Source: the human T2T-CHM13v2.0 reference genome, Homo sapiens
Assembly (NCBI RefSeq): GCF_009914755.1
Contig: NC_060926.1
Length of the DNA: 64,000 bases
Strand: one strand, 5' to 3'
The notes under the pieces were generated by a model that saw nothing but the letters and a program-made list of their open reading frames with translations, had not been told where the DNA came from and ran no database searches. Position numbers and translations under genes: made by a program. This document shows positions 40,601 to 53,300 of this stretch, piece after piece (the first letter of the stretch is position 1; every line of letters starts with the position of its first letter).

Positions 40601-42324
40601 TTAAAGTTGATTCAAGCATTTCAGATTCCTAATTGAACAGGCCTCTTAGGTCACTGCTCTTGGGTCATCATTTGACAGTATCAGTGTGTGATTTGTGGTC
40701 TCTGGAGATGTTGAAGTATTCTTTCTTAAATTCTAGGTTATAGTGGCAGCAGCTGTGCCGCTTTTCTGAGATGCCTCGTTATGGTTCATTCACAACATTA
40801 CTGTTAACTTTGCTTCCTTGGCCGTGTTAGCAGCAACTCTTGAGGTTTTACATCCCTGTTTGACTCACAGATTTTGTTTCAATTTTTTGAAGCTTAGAGC
40901 AACTTAACTCATGGATTCTTAAATAGCAGTCTGTGGCTTTGGATGGGCTTCAGAAAGCCCGTGAATCCCCTTAAAATGAATCCGGTATCGTGCATGCATT
41001 TGAGAACGGGCATTGTCAGCTAAGAGGGAACAGAGCTTTTATCAGATTTTATGTGACATCAGGACCCAAAAAAGGTTAACACTGTTCTAAATCAACATCT
41101 TCATTTTATGAAGAGGAGGGAGGTCCAGTAACCCTAAGCTCTTTATCCATCTCATCCAGATTATTGGTGGCAGGGCCAGGATTAGTGCCTCAAGGTTGCC
41201 GACTTCCAGTCCAGCATATTTCCTACCACACTGCAAAATGATGATGAAAGAAAGTATGTCTAACTAGTGAAAAAGCGATTTAGGCAGCTAAATCATTGTG
41301 AACTGATAGCATGCAGTGTATTGTTAGGGCGTTCCTGCCTCAGATGCTTTCCAGCGAAGCTCACCCACGCATGCCCCTGGCTCACGCACACACTGAATAG
41401 ATTCATCTTACCCACATCCCAGGCAGATAGAAAAACCACATTCCAGACCCAGGGACTTGTATTCCTGATTTAGTGGAGGTCTTGAAATGAATGAAAGCGC
41501 CTTTTATATAACCTCAAAAATTCTCTGTAGTGTTAATTGCTGTTAGGTCTGTTTCAAAAGGTATTGATGGTGCCTTTTCTTTTTAAGCAACCGCACAATG
41601 AGTTGGCATTTTGCAGGCTAATTTTGATTCATAGAAAATCATTGCATAACTGGTTCATTGAGTTAGATATCTGTGGAGGGAAGAGAGGAAGAAGCAAGGC
41701 TGCTTCCCTATTCAGAAGGATTCTATCATATTCCTACCTCTGCCACTGGGGGCTTGAGTTTTGGCTCATTCTCTGAGCCTCAGTTTCCATATCTGTAAAA
41801 TGAAAGTATTGAATTAGAGACCACTGGGCAAAAGCTAGCTGTTTATTCTCTTAGTTGCTCATGTGTTGTATAATGCCTGTTTATGTGCATTTCTTTTTTT
41901 TTATTTTTGAAGGCAAATAAAGTGTTGTTGATGTCATTGAGGTGGATCACTTTCTCTCCAATTTTGCCTTAGTTCTATAAACACGCAATTGGGCTAGAGA
42001 CAAAAGTAATGAAAATTATTATTTCTGTACTGCATTACGTTTTGCAAAGCACTATCACCTTCATTTTCTCATATAATCCTCCTAACACTGTGAGTCAAGT
42101 ATCAGTTTCCCATGTTGTACGTAAAGATTTGGAGGCTCCGAGAGGTTAAGTGACTTGTTTAGTGCCACACAGCTGGTAGGAGGCAGGGCCAATGTGGTCT
42201 GGGTCCAAGTTCAGCATATTTTCTGTCATCTCAAAAGCCCATACCTGTGGGAGGTGCAGCATTATGTGTTTTGGTTGTACAAGAGGCACCTCTGACTTTG
42301 GTCTTACTGTTAATCCTGTCGTAG

Positions 42325-42617
42325 GTGTTTGATATCAGCTGCTACCAGGAATCCCTGGCACCGTGCTTTTGCCTGTCTGCTCATAGTAACATCAACCAAA
42401 TCACTGAAATTATCCTGGGTGAGACCAAAGCCTATGTGTTCTTTGAGCGAAGCTATGGGGACATGCATTCCTTCGTCCGCACCTGCAAGAAGCTGAGAGA
42501 GGAGGAGGCAGCCAGACTGTTCTACCAGATTGCCTCGGCAGTGGCCCACTGCCATGACGGGGGGCTGGTGCTGCGGGACCTCAAGCTGCGGAAATTCATC
42601 TTTAAGGACGAAGAGAG
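42325..42617 (+). CDS. TRIB2: TRIB2 coding exon 2 (aa 91-188)
   Basis: Acceptor CCTGTCGTAG|[20 protein letters not shown]...[23 protein letters not shown] includes the Tribbles catalytic loop LRDLKLRKF. Donor AG|GTAGGT, phase 2. Confidence 0.98.
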
Positions 42618-43693
42618 GTAGGTCTCATCCTGTCCAGACCTGGGTACTGTGATGGACTGCTCCTAACAACAGCTTCCTAGAAAAGTCTTGAATGGACGTT
42701 TTTTTGCCGTCTGTGGTCCAGATGAGGGGAAGGAATCTTAGGAGGGCAAAAGGAAGTGAATATTGCAATTTTCAAGTGTTTGGGAAAACAAATAGCTACT
42801 ATTCTAAAGGTGTCATCTGGTGCTCAAAGGACAGGTACCAGGATATTCTGTGACCCAATGAATATGTATGATTAGGTGTCTTGAATTCCGAAGGTGGCTG
42901 CAAACCTCTTTGACATTTTCAATGCCAGTAAAGGCAGGGCCTTGAAAATTCTACCCGCAGAACACTCAGCAGCCAGAATCAGTCATTTATAATTCATTCA
43001 TCCATGCACTCATTCAGTAGCTCTTACCTAAGCTTATATTAGGTATTAGTCACAATTCTCAGTACTATTAATATCTAGATGAATTAGATAGCCAACGGAC
43101 CTATAAAGGAAATGCTACCAGCTCAGAATAGAGGTCCGTGCTGGGTGGGATGAGAACTGGGGTGGTGGGGACATGTCAGTTCTCCCTAGGACTTGGAGAG
43201 TCAAGGAAGGTTTTACAGGAGGGGTGATTTTGGAGCCAAGACTCGAAAGATGACTGGATTTCAGGAAATGTGGGAAAGACCGCATTCCAGGTGAGGAAAC
43301 TGCTGATGCAAATGCATGGCAGTGCAGAGGTCTTGGTTATTGGAGGAGACAGCTGGACAGGATGCAGGCAACTGGCTTATGCCGTTAACTCATTACCTTC
43401 TATTTAGCAGACTCTGCTGGGGCCCTGCTTTCTCTCCCAGCCGATTTTGATTACAAGAACTCCTTCAAGCCCTTTTTGTTCTTTTTAAGAATATGAGTTT
43501 AGAGGGACAGAGGCAACAAATCTGTATTCATTGCTCACCGTAGTTCCTGAATGAGGCCCCACATAATGTGGAGACCAGCTCATATCTTGATCTTTGCTTG
43601 TGAATGCCTTTACCTTTATTAACAAACTGAGAAGGGGCAGCTGTTGGAAGATTTAGAGTGTGGAACCACATTTACCTTTTCTCTTCCGCTCAG

Positions 43694-43889
43694 ATGCCTC
43701 TGCCCCTGGAGCCTGGAGATGTTTCCCCTGGTTTTGCCTTCGATACCCTCTGTGATCTTGGATTGGTCCTTCGTCTGTTTCCACCCTCCCCCTACCAGCC
43801 TCATATTTCTCCTTCTGTTACCTTCTGTATGCTGTATTGGCTCTAAGGTCTTTTCAATTAATAATAAATTGGTGTATGTGCTTCTTTGA
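43694..43889 (+). CDS. TRIB2: Candidate alternative terminal exon of TRIB2 (252-aa isoform)
   Basis: Strong acceptor CATTTACCTTTTCTCTTCCGCTCAG|A. The frame continues from exon 2 (R188, then 64 codons) to TGA at 43887-43889. AATAAA at 43863 with upstream TGTA motifs. Confidence 0.55.
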
Positions 43890-46800
43890 ATATTCTCATT
43901 TAGAAGATGAATATATGTTGACCCCCAACGATACTGACAAAGGTATTCTCTCTACCCTTGTATGTTCCACCTTTCTTGGAGATTTAATAACTGCACCTAC
44001 AAAAATAAGAGGTCATATTTGTTTACCTCTTACCATAAGGTTAAAGTTTAATTCTCTCTCCCTATTGAAGTGAATGTCATCATGTCCATTGTATAGACGA
44101 GAGCTCCAAAGTGCAACGTGGTGAAGTCCCAAAGTTACGGACAGGAAAGAGCAGAAGTAAGGCCACATTCACTAGTAAGTCAGCTCTCAAGAAATTCATT
44201 TGTCTGCCAGAGGGCATGGGGACAGCAAATGCCCTCTCTCGCAGGGATCTGTGTTTTTAAGTGTCGTCTTTGATTGTGTTTCCATAGGGAGGAACTCTCG
44301 GGCACCAACGAGTAGAAGGAATGGCCTATTCAGGGATAGGACCCCCATAGTGAATACATGTTTGTGCAAATGAGTAGAGCAGGGTGGAGGTCCCCAAGTC
44401 ATAGAACATGGGAACAAAAGTGGACCCGGAGGTTGCATAGTCTGTGTGGCACTCTCTTGGTTTGCTGCCAGGAGGCAGAACTCCAGAGGTGAGAGCACGC
44501 CCCAGTGCACACAGCTAGCTAGGAGCCAGTGAAGCACAGCCAGGCCTCACCTGGGCTGTGGAGGGCTTTTACTCCCACCCAGCCTTTGCTTCTCCTTTAT
44601 GAGTGTGTCATCACACGCCAAAATCCTTGATGTCCCAGGATCCAGGGAAGAAGCTTCCAACCTCAGGAGTGTGTGCCTCTGACATTCCGTCTGGAAGTTA
44701 CGTTTGACTTTCGCGAAAGAGCATGACCCTGTCCAGAGATAACCAGAAAGGAGTATCCAGTGTGAATGTGAAACCGAAACAATTGCCTGGAGTAAACATG
44801 TCAAAGCAAAATCCTTTTTCATTTTCAAGAGCATTTTCCAAGGTAAAAAGAGAATGTAAAGGACTGTAGGGAGCTGGCCTATATAGTCCCTACAGCATGG
44901 TGGCATGTGTGATAGCCCCTTTGGCCATGCAGCCGTGTTGCCCCAGGGGCCAGCCTTGAGGCTGATGCCCTGTAGGACCTTGGAGAAAATGAGAACTCCT
45001 CCATCTGATCAGTGAGGTTACTTGGCCTCATGGCAGGGTCACCTAGCTGGCTTAATGTTACACAGCCAGTCTGAGGGTGCAGCCAGCCTGGAAATCCTGT
45101 CATTCCATCGAGAGCTCTTCTTCCAGCCCAAGTCACATGGAGGTCCCAGTGGGCTTGCTTTTCAGGAACATGACAAGTGTCTGTCTGGGCAGCTCTGAGA
45201 AGGTCACCTCTGTTTTCAAGGACATTTTGAATGTTCTCAGCAGTAGCTGATTGATAAAGAGCTTTTTTGTTTTTCTAAAATCCAACTATCAACTTTTTGT
45301 GAAAGGGGAATCATGCCTAGTCACCTTTTTCTTCTTGTTGTTTTGTATTTTAACCTCTCGATTCCAGAATGTGAAACTTCTGCTTTTTGTTCCACAATGT
45401 ATTTCTCCTTCTCTGCCTCCTGGCAGCATTGAGTTTCATGGCAGATTCTCTTTTATTTGGCCTGCATGGTGGCCTACATGGAGCACATTGCCAGCACTTC
45501 CTGAGGGAAGAGTGTGAGGCCAAGTGTCAGGGGCCCAGGACCTCATTGGCTCCATGCTTGCTGCTGGGAACTCTCATCTTCCACCCTAATTGCATCACTT
45601 TTAGTGGAGCTAAAGCTTCCTTCTCCCTCAACAACATCGAAAGTGTAAGGAAGCAATGGGTTAAATTTTAAAGGCTTTTGGAAAGCTAAACCACAGAGTT
45701 AATGTCTGTTTTCTCACCTTTTGGGCATTGGTCCCACGGTGAAAAAGCAAAGAAGCAAATTTGGGAAGTGCTGCTTTATTCATCTTCTGACCATCACACA
45801 CCTCTTTTGCGCATCAGTCTTCTTCTCAGTGATGTGCTTCTTGAACTCTGGTGATCTGGAAAGCAATCGAAAGTGCAGGCTTTACGTGTGAAATTGGCTG
45901 AGGCCCACCTGGTGCAGAAGAAGACCTGCCTATGGGCTGACTCCTTGTGCCTAAAGTTTCGATTGTGTGCCATCTGGGACTCTGCATCCATGGCCATCCA
46001 TGGAAACGTTGTTAGTGGAACTGCCAGCGCCTTCAGTCCGGTCCCCCACTGGTGGTTTTGCAGGCAGACACAGATGACACCCAGCGTTATGTTTGGACCT
46101 AATGCCAGCAAGCCTTGTGCTGCTGGGTAGAAATGGCAGCAGCTCAGAGTCTTCTGTTTCCATTTTACTTTGATTTGAGTTTTAGGTTTAACTTCTGGCT
46201 CTTCTTAGCTACCTGATCTTGGATAAGTCATTGAATGTTTCTAAGCTGCGGTTCCTCAAAGCAGAAATAATAATGGCATTCCTGTCGGGCAGTTGTGAGG
46301 GTTAAATGAGATGATTCTGTGACTCACCGGGCAGGGCAGGCACTCATGAAGGGACAGCTGTTCCTAGAGTCATTGACGAAATAGTACCATTATGGGAGAG
46401 CAGTTCCCAGGACTCAGTGGGTTCTTGAAGAATTAAGTCGCTCGCCTGGGCAGCCTATTCAGTGAAGAGTGGCACCCTTGTGACATAGGGGTTCAGATTT
46501 AGGCCACATTCTCCTCTCTGTTTGGTTTAATTATAATCATTAAGTTAGTGCCAAAGGTCAAGTGCACCTGGTCTGGAACCTGAGGCTCAGAAAGGCCAGA
46601 TTGACCATATGTGCACTGGAGTAGGCGGCCACAGGCACATGTAGGGAGTGGAGGATCATACCCCACCGTGCCTGAATCAGCTTCTGTGTTGCAGGCCTTG
46701 GACTGCTGCTTCTCCTTCGTTCCCAGGGATGTTTGTGCAGGGCAGAGCCTGGTTCTTTTTGTTTATACTGCTGAAAAGGAAAACCTCAGGGCCCAGAGGC

Positions 46801-47297
46801 ATTGAGCAGCATTTTGAGGAAGTTAATCTCCAATCCCAGTTGAACTCACCTGGCCACACCCTGTGCATCCACAGTTCGTGTAGTAAAATCTCAGACAGTC
46901 TGTGTGTAGTAGCGGCCACCCTGCTGGTTATGGCTCAGAATCTGATAGAAGGCAGCACCCACATCCCCAAAGTGCGTGCCCTGTGCACTCCGCCTCCCCC
47001 TCTCTGCTGTGGCATTGGGGTGACCTGCTTGATCAGTCTATTCTTAGAAGCCCCATGTTTCAGGCCCCTCCAATTCCATTTTAATTCATGGGAAGGCCTG
47101 AGCTTGGGAGAAGTCCTGTTACTTCTATGTAGAGTCACAGCTGCCGTCTGGATTCCAATCCCTGTTCTTGCACTTTTTAGGAATGGACCTTGAAAAATTA
47201 CCTAAGCTTTGTGCCCAGACTGCCTCATCTGCAAAGTGGAAATAACAACATGGCTTCCATCATGGAATTAAATGTATTAATACAAGGGAGCCCAATG

Positions 47298-47374
47298 CCT
47301 AGCACACAGTCAGCCATCAGCAGACGGGAGCTCCTACCTAGCACACAGTCAGCCATCAGCAGACGGGAGCTCCT
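47298..47374. repeat. Near-perfect 39-bp tandem duplication
   Basis: CCTAGCACACAGTCAGCCATCAGCAGACGGGAGCTCCT appears at 47298 and 47337. Confidence 0.95.
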
Positions 47375-50300
47375 GCTGATGGAAGCCTCCTCTGCACTCA
47401 GTGTCACTCTGTGGTCACAGGGCCAGTTCCCTGGCTCACTCAAGATGCGAAGAGCCCTTTGAGCAGGTGCACCCTTATGCTGCTCAAGGAAGGTGGGTGG
47501 GGCCTTGTTACCACAGCACTTCCTGTTTGCTTTTGCCCATTGGATTTCTCTCTGGGTTCAAGGCTTCCTGCCATCCCTCTGCCACTCTCTGCCTCAGTTT
47601 CAGTTCAGTGTTGACATTTCCTTGCACAGAAGGACCCCATGTGAACTGAGAAACATGCCTCTTTACATGTTTCTTCTTTGGGTAGAAGATCTTTATCTCT
47701 TGACGTGACAGGTTTCATTTCCTCCGCTTTGTGGAAGCCGGTCAGTACCCACTTCAGCAGGGTGGAAGCTGCGACTGTTTGCAGGAACTCAGTGGCCTGG
47801 GGGCTTTCGGTATAATAAACGCCACCTGCCCAGATTCACAGACCTGTGCCTCCCTGTGGGGTGGAGGCGTTTCTCCTTCCCCCACCAACAGAGGTCAAGG
47901 CACTCTTTCTCAGCTCTTAGTATCTTTATTGGCTTTTCCTTCAGATCTTCAAGTTGCACCCGCCTCCATTGAGGTCTCAGTATCTAACAGAGTACAGAGG
48001 GCAGGCATGGAAACCCTGGAGACCAGACTCAGCTTTTCTTTCATTAAAAGCTGTGTACATTTTTTCAAGTTGTAGGCGCTTTGTATTTTGGGAAAATACC
48101 TTTCGTTTTTGCTTTGAAGGAAATGGAGCTCCTGGAATTCCCTTATTTATGAGAAACCCCTTTATGTACTTGAGGTATTGCCAACCTTTGGGGAAGGCTG
48201 GCGAGCCTCCTGTTCCCCAGGGTGGATCAGTGATCTCTCTCCCATAGCACTCCCTTTCCTCATCAGAGCTCATCTCCTGCTGTATTCTGATGGCCCGTGT
48301 GTGCATCTGTAGACTGTCCTTGTCCCCTGCTGGGGGCTTCCTGGGGACATAGGCTGTCTCATGTTCACTGCTTCTGGAACAGGTTGGGCCTTGCTATTTG
48401 TTGACGGAATGTCTCCTTTTTTGAGTGGGAGCAGCTCAGATTGGATTCTAATGACAGAAAGAGAGAGGCAGGGGTAAGTAGAGTATTGGTGTCTAGGTCA
48501 TTGCCTGGAATCAGTGGGAGCCCAGAAAACGTATACATCCCCTATGGAGACACCTTTTCAAAGAGAGCTATTTCCAAAGTTTCCCATCAAGTGAGAAATT
48601 TACCCATCATTTCCCTTTTAATTTAATGATTTATGCAGAAGTGACATTTATTTAAGACATTGTTTTCAGTGTCTATGGCAGGCTGTAATTTTATTCATGA
48701 AGGGCTTTTCTAATCACGGTTAGAAAGGGGAGAGCTTCCTCCAGGTTCCATGCTTATAAGTAGACTAAATAGTAGGTATTCTTCAGCAGGATTTCTTGCT
48801 GGGCTGCTTACTGCTTGTACTTAGTAACTAGTTGATGGGCTAGTGTGGGTCCTCAAGCAAACCAAGCAGAGGCACAGTGGTCAGATTTTTTTATTACTCC
48901 ATTTAGCCCTATGGTCTTAGCCTGCCTTCTCTGAAATCATGAGAAGAGACAATATATTAATATGTTAAGTGCCCAGCACAGTGCCTGGTGCACTGCAGCT
49001 ACTTGAATACATAGCCGTCATTATTGCTATTGGGCATCCTCTGATGTCATTGAGCCTCATAACCCAACAGCCCGGAGATTCAATTATTTATTTAACAAAT
49101 ACCTATTGAGCATCTATTATGTGCCAGGCACTATTCTTGGTGCTGGGGACACTACAGAGCCCAGTGAGAGAGAAACCCTGTTCTCATGAGACCTACATTT
49201 CAATGAAATAATATCTAGGGCCCACCATGTGTTTTACTCATAACATGTGATTCACCAATTTAATTCTAATTAGCTACTGTATTTAAATTAATCAATTTAA
49301 ACCCAGTGAGTAAGATACTCTTATTTTCACCATTTTACAGATAAGAAAATTGATCCTCAGAGTCTAATGGCCAACCAGTGGCAGACCTGGGGTTGGTACC
49401 CAGGCCCCTGGCTCCAGAGCCCAAGCTTTCAAATACTAGGTTGTCTCCAGGAAATAGACAACAGGTAAAATACCGTCTCTTATGCCCAACCCTGAGAAAG
49501 AATTTTCTCACGCAGTTAGGCAACAGGTGTGCACCAGGAGGACCTGACTAGCCAGGGTCAAAACTCAGCTCACGACTCAGTTTTCCTGAGCAGTCATGGA
49601 TTGGGCCACCAATGAGCCAACCCTGCGGGCAGTCCTACGTCCTGTTGTTCCATTCTGTGGGTTTTTTTTGTTTTGTTTTGTTTTTGTTTTTCCCCAGGGA
49701 ACTATACAATGGGCTTCATTTCTTTTTCTATCCTCCATGCCTAGCACTGGACTTAGCAGTACTTAGGAATGTGTGACCATTGATGCCATGGATATACAAA
49801 TAGCCCCTTATGTCCCGTGGCGTGAATATCATAAGAAAAATCAACTAGCCATATTGACAGTGGAATGCAGTGGATGGAAACTCATTTTCAATGTTGTTTT
49901 CTACTCAATACTCTTGGGAGTTTCTCTAAATCATGAAACCGAGTCCAGGCTATTTGAAATTTCTTTGGACTCTAGACATTGCCATGCATAAGAAGAGTCT
50001 TGCCTAGATGCCGTGAACTCCAGATAGAATGTTGGAGTTGGGGAGTCTTAGATATGGGGGTCATTCTATCTCGCAAACATTTATTAAGCACCTACTCTGT
50101 CCTACGGTGCTAGGTGTTGATGGTACAGGAATCAGTACAAGAGAGTCCTTGCCTAATGGATGTAATCATTATTCAATAGTTATTTAGCTGTAAGCATTAT
50201 TTAACAGTTCCAACAGTGGAGTACGGTGTGGAGAATGGTCACCTCCGGGAGGTGATGACCTCCTGCACGAGGTTGGCTTGAGTGCTGTAGTAGGGATGGG

Positions 50301-53300
50301 GAGGTCCCAGAAGGCATGAGTCAAGCCAGAGGCACAAAGAGCCGTGTGTAGGGAGGGCTGTGCTGCTGGAGGGTCCCCTGTGCCAGGACAGAGATGAGGC
50401 TGAGTCCAGGGCCTGAAAGACACACCCCTCACCTCCAACTTGACCTGAAGCCCAGAAGGAACCATTGAAAGGTTTTTCTGGATGGCAGGGATGGGTTTGT
50501 GATTCCGGAAGTACATGTGAAAGATGAACTGGGTAAAGCAGCCGGGCATGGGTTCTAGGAAGAAGTGGCTCAAACTGAGACTGTGGCAGTGGGATTGAAG
50601 AATTGGGGGCAACAAGTGGGGGTTTAAACCCGACACTTTTATCTTTACAAACAATGAGGAGGAGAGTGGGCTTACTCAAGGTTTCAAATGTGTTCATGGC
50701 ACAGCCAAGTGCAGGACCCAGGTTTTTCGACTTGATCTCATTCATTACGTGCCTACGCGCACATCTCCACAAGCCTGTGTGGGGCTCCCTGTCAAGTGCA
50801 GCGTCCCTGTCTGGCCCTGCGAGTGGGTGCAGAGATGCACTCACAGGCCTCCCTGAACTCTGTGAACTCCCACCCCACACCTGGAACAAGACTGGGAAAA
50901 TTCTGGACCCCGAAGCACTCCTAAGCCACCGGGCAGGGCAGCAACACCATCGCTGGGTGCCCCTGGCCAGCACTGAGCCTGCGGAAGCTTTGCGGAGAGG
51001 CCAATCCACTGATATGGGGGAGGAGGGATTCTTCAGGAGCCATGGCTGAAAGTCTCAATGCAGGGAGTGAATGGAGCATTGATGAGGAATTCCTGTCAGC
51101 ATGGCTTCCTCTTTCTTGGGTTTCCCTTTCTGTTCCTATGGCGACAGGATGGACTTCCTCTGTGAAGCCCTGGCGGCCTGCAGGCTGTGCTTGTGTGGTG
51201 TCTGCATGGGGGCGTGGGAAGGTGTTCGGGTACAATGAGACTCCCCTGTTCATCCAGGCACCATGGATGGGAGTCGGGCAGGAATGTGCACCTGCATGCG
51301 GACAGGGCAGGGATTCCGTCGTGGCCGGGTAGATGGCACTGCAGAAAACCCCTGAGTATTTGAGTCAGATTGGGTTTCCCATCCCAACTGTGCTATTTCC
51401 AAGCAAGTTCCTTCATCTGTCTCTAAGCTGCTGTAGTCTCCTGCATCAAATCGGTGTGGGCACACCCACCTTCCAGATTGTGTGGTGTTGTAAGGTCACA
51501 AGAGGCATATTCTCTCCCTATAGACATCTCTCCCTCCACCACGATGCCCTGAGATGCTTCCCCCGTGGCTCACCTGTTGCTCTCCCTGCTAATTTGTGGG
51601 CCATTTGAGGTAGGAGTTGGGGTGGTTCACTGACTCTCCAAGACTTGGTGCAGAGGTGGCTCTCAGAGGTGACTGTTGGAAAAGTCTGTGCATACATGAA
51701 CCAGAATTAAGTGAACGACAATTTATTTGGCATCGTTTAGTGGCCTGTGACGTTCTAATGCAGCTGCCAGGCCGGCATGATGGTGCCAATGGTGCCAGGT
51801 GGTCCTTCCCAGGCCCTTGGTAGCAGCCGCCCCGGGCGGGACCCTGGCTTTCACAGCTGGACTGGCTGCCCAGAGGACTTTTTCAGTAACAGTCAGGGCA
51901 AGGTCAGATCTGGCAGCAGCTGACCTTTTCACTTGACCCTTAAGCCTATCTGGACCGCCTGACTGGACGGCCTTCAGTGACTTCTCTGGATTTCACTGAC
52001 CTTAGGCCACCGGACTTCCCATCCCTGCCAGGCCCACTTTGTCTGGCTGAACTCCCAGCTCAGCCCCACCCTGGCCCACCCTGTCCTGATCTCTTCCTGC
52101 CAAGGGCCCACAGTGCTGTTTAAAGATTGGAAAATACGGCATGATTTGCTTGTGGATACTATTTTTGATCTTGTGGATTGAGCACTAAACTTGGAGTTAA
52201 AAACCGGGGTTTGAATCCCAGCTCTGTCACTGGCTTGCGAGGTGGCCTTGGACAAGTCACATCTACTTTCTGTTACCTCAGTTTCTTCATCCGGTAAATG
52301 GGCAGGTCTAGTCACCTGTATCTACCTCATGAGCTATAGCAGTTAGCTGTGAATGGGATGGTTTTGTACCAGATCTAGTGCTGAATAAACTGCACCAGAT
52401 TTGCCTCCATCATCTCAGGGTCTCCCTTTAAAAGTTTTTCTTTCTTTGGCCCTAAGTAAATCAGTGATTTTAGTACCAGAATGTATTTTGGAAAGGACAA
52501 TGGCGTTAGAGTCCAGATGTAGATTCAGAGCTCAGCTTGTTCAGTTTCTCTGTGTATGGCCTAGGGCATTTAATTCCCTGTGCCTCAGCTTCCTTATATA
52601 TTAGGTAGCATGCATATATCATACTTGTCTTTTACTTTGTTTTGAGAAATAAGGATGCAAGCTGTAGTAATCTCAGCATCTTATAGATGCTTCACACATA
52701 GTTTCTATTATTGTTACTATAATTATTATTAGGATATCATATGGTGTGTTGTAATCACTAGAGCTTAAGAATTAAAGGAAACTTTAAAATCTGGAATTCT
52801 GAAGCTAGACGAGCCCTTTTCAGGCCCTGTAGCTATTTGTTCTTATTTTACAGAAGGGAAACTGAGGCCAAAAGAACCAGGGGCCACACTGGTAGTTCAA
52901 CTTAGTGGCGCAAGGGAGCTCTGGAGCCTGTGCTGAGAGTGGATGGGGGTGGGGGGAGAATCGGGGCTTTCAGTGCCGACCTGTGCTGTTCCACAGATGC
53001 TGGGAGAGGAACCACACCCTGCTGCTTTTGGCTTCCTCACCTGGCACCGGGATCCGGTGACACAAGGCCTGGCACTGGGCTGGGCCGTCATTGAGTACAC
53101 AGGCTGCCCACGTGTAAGCCTTGTTCATTCAGCAGGTTGAGAGCAAAGCAGGCTGTTCTCTTCCTATGCCAGGCACAGTTTGCAAAAGGCCTGCAGGGAT
53201 CCAGCTTCTCTGGCCAAACCAATCCTGCCCCAGGCTGGTGGCTGGCAGGGAGATGTCTCTTCCCCTGAGAAGTTACTGGAGATAACCATTGTCATTTACA

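Noticed and set aside
50239-51009. 256-aa minus-strand ORF in intron 2
   Set aside because: No recognisable domain, non-AUG start in the track and partly L2-like sequence. Most likely chance.
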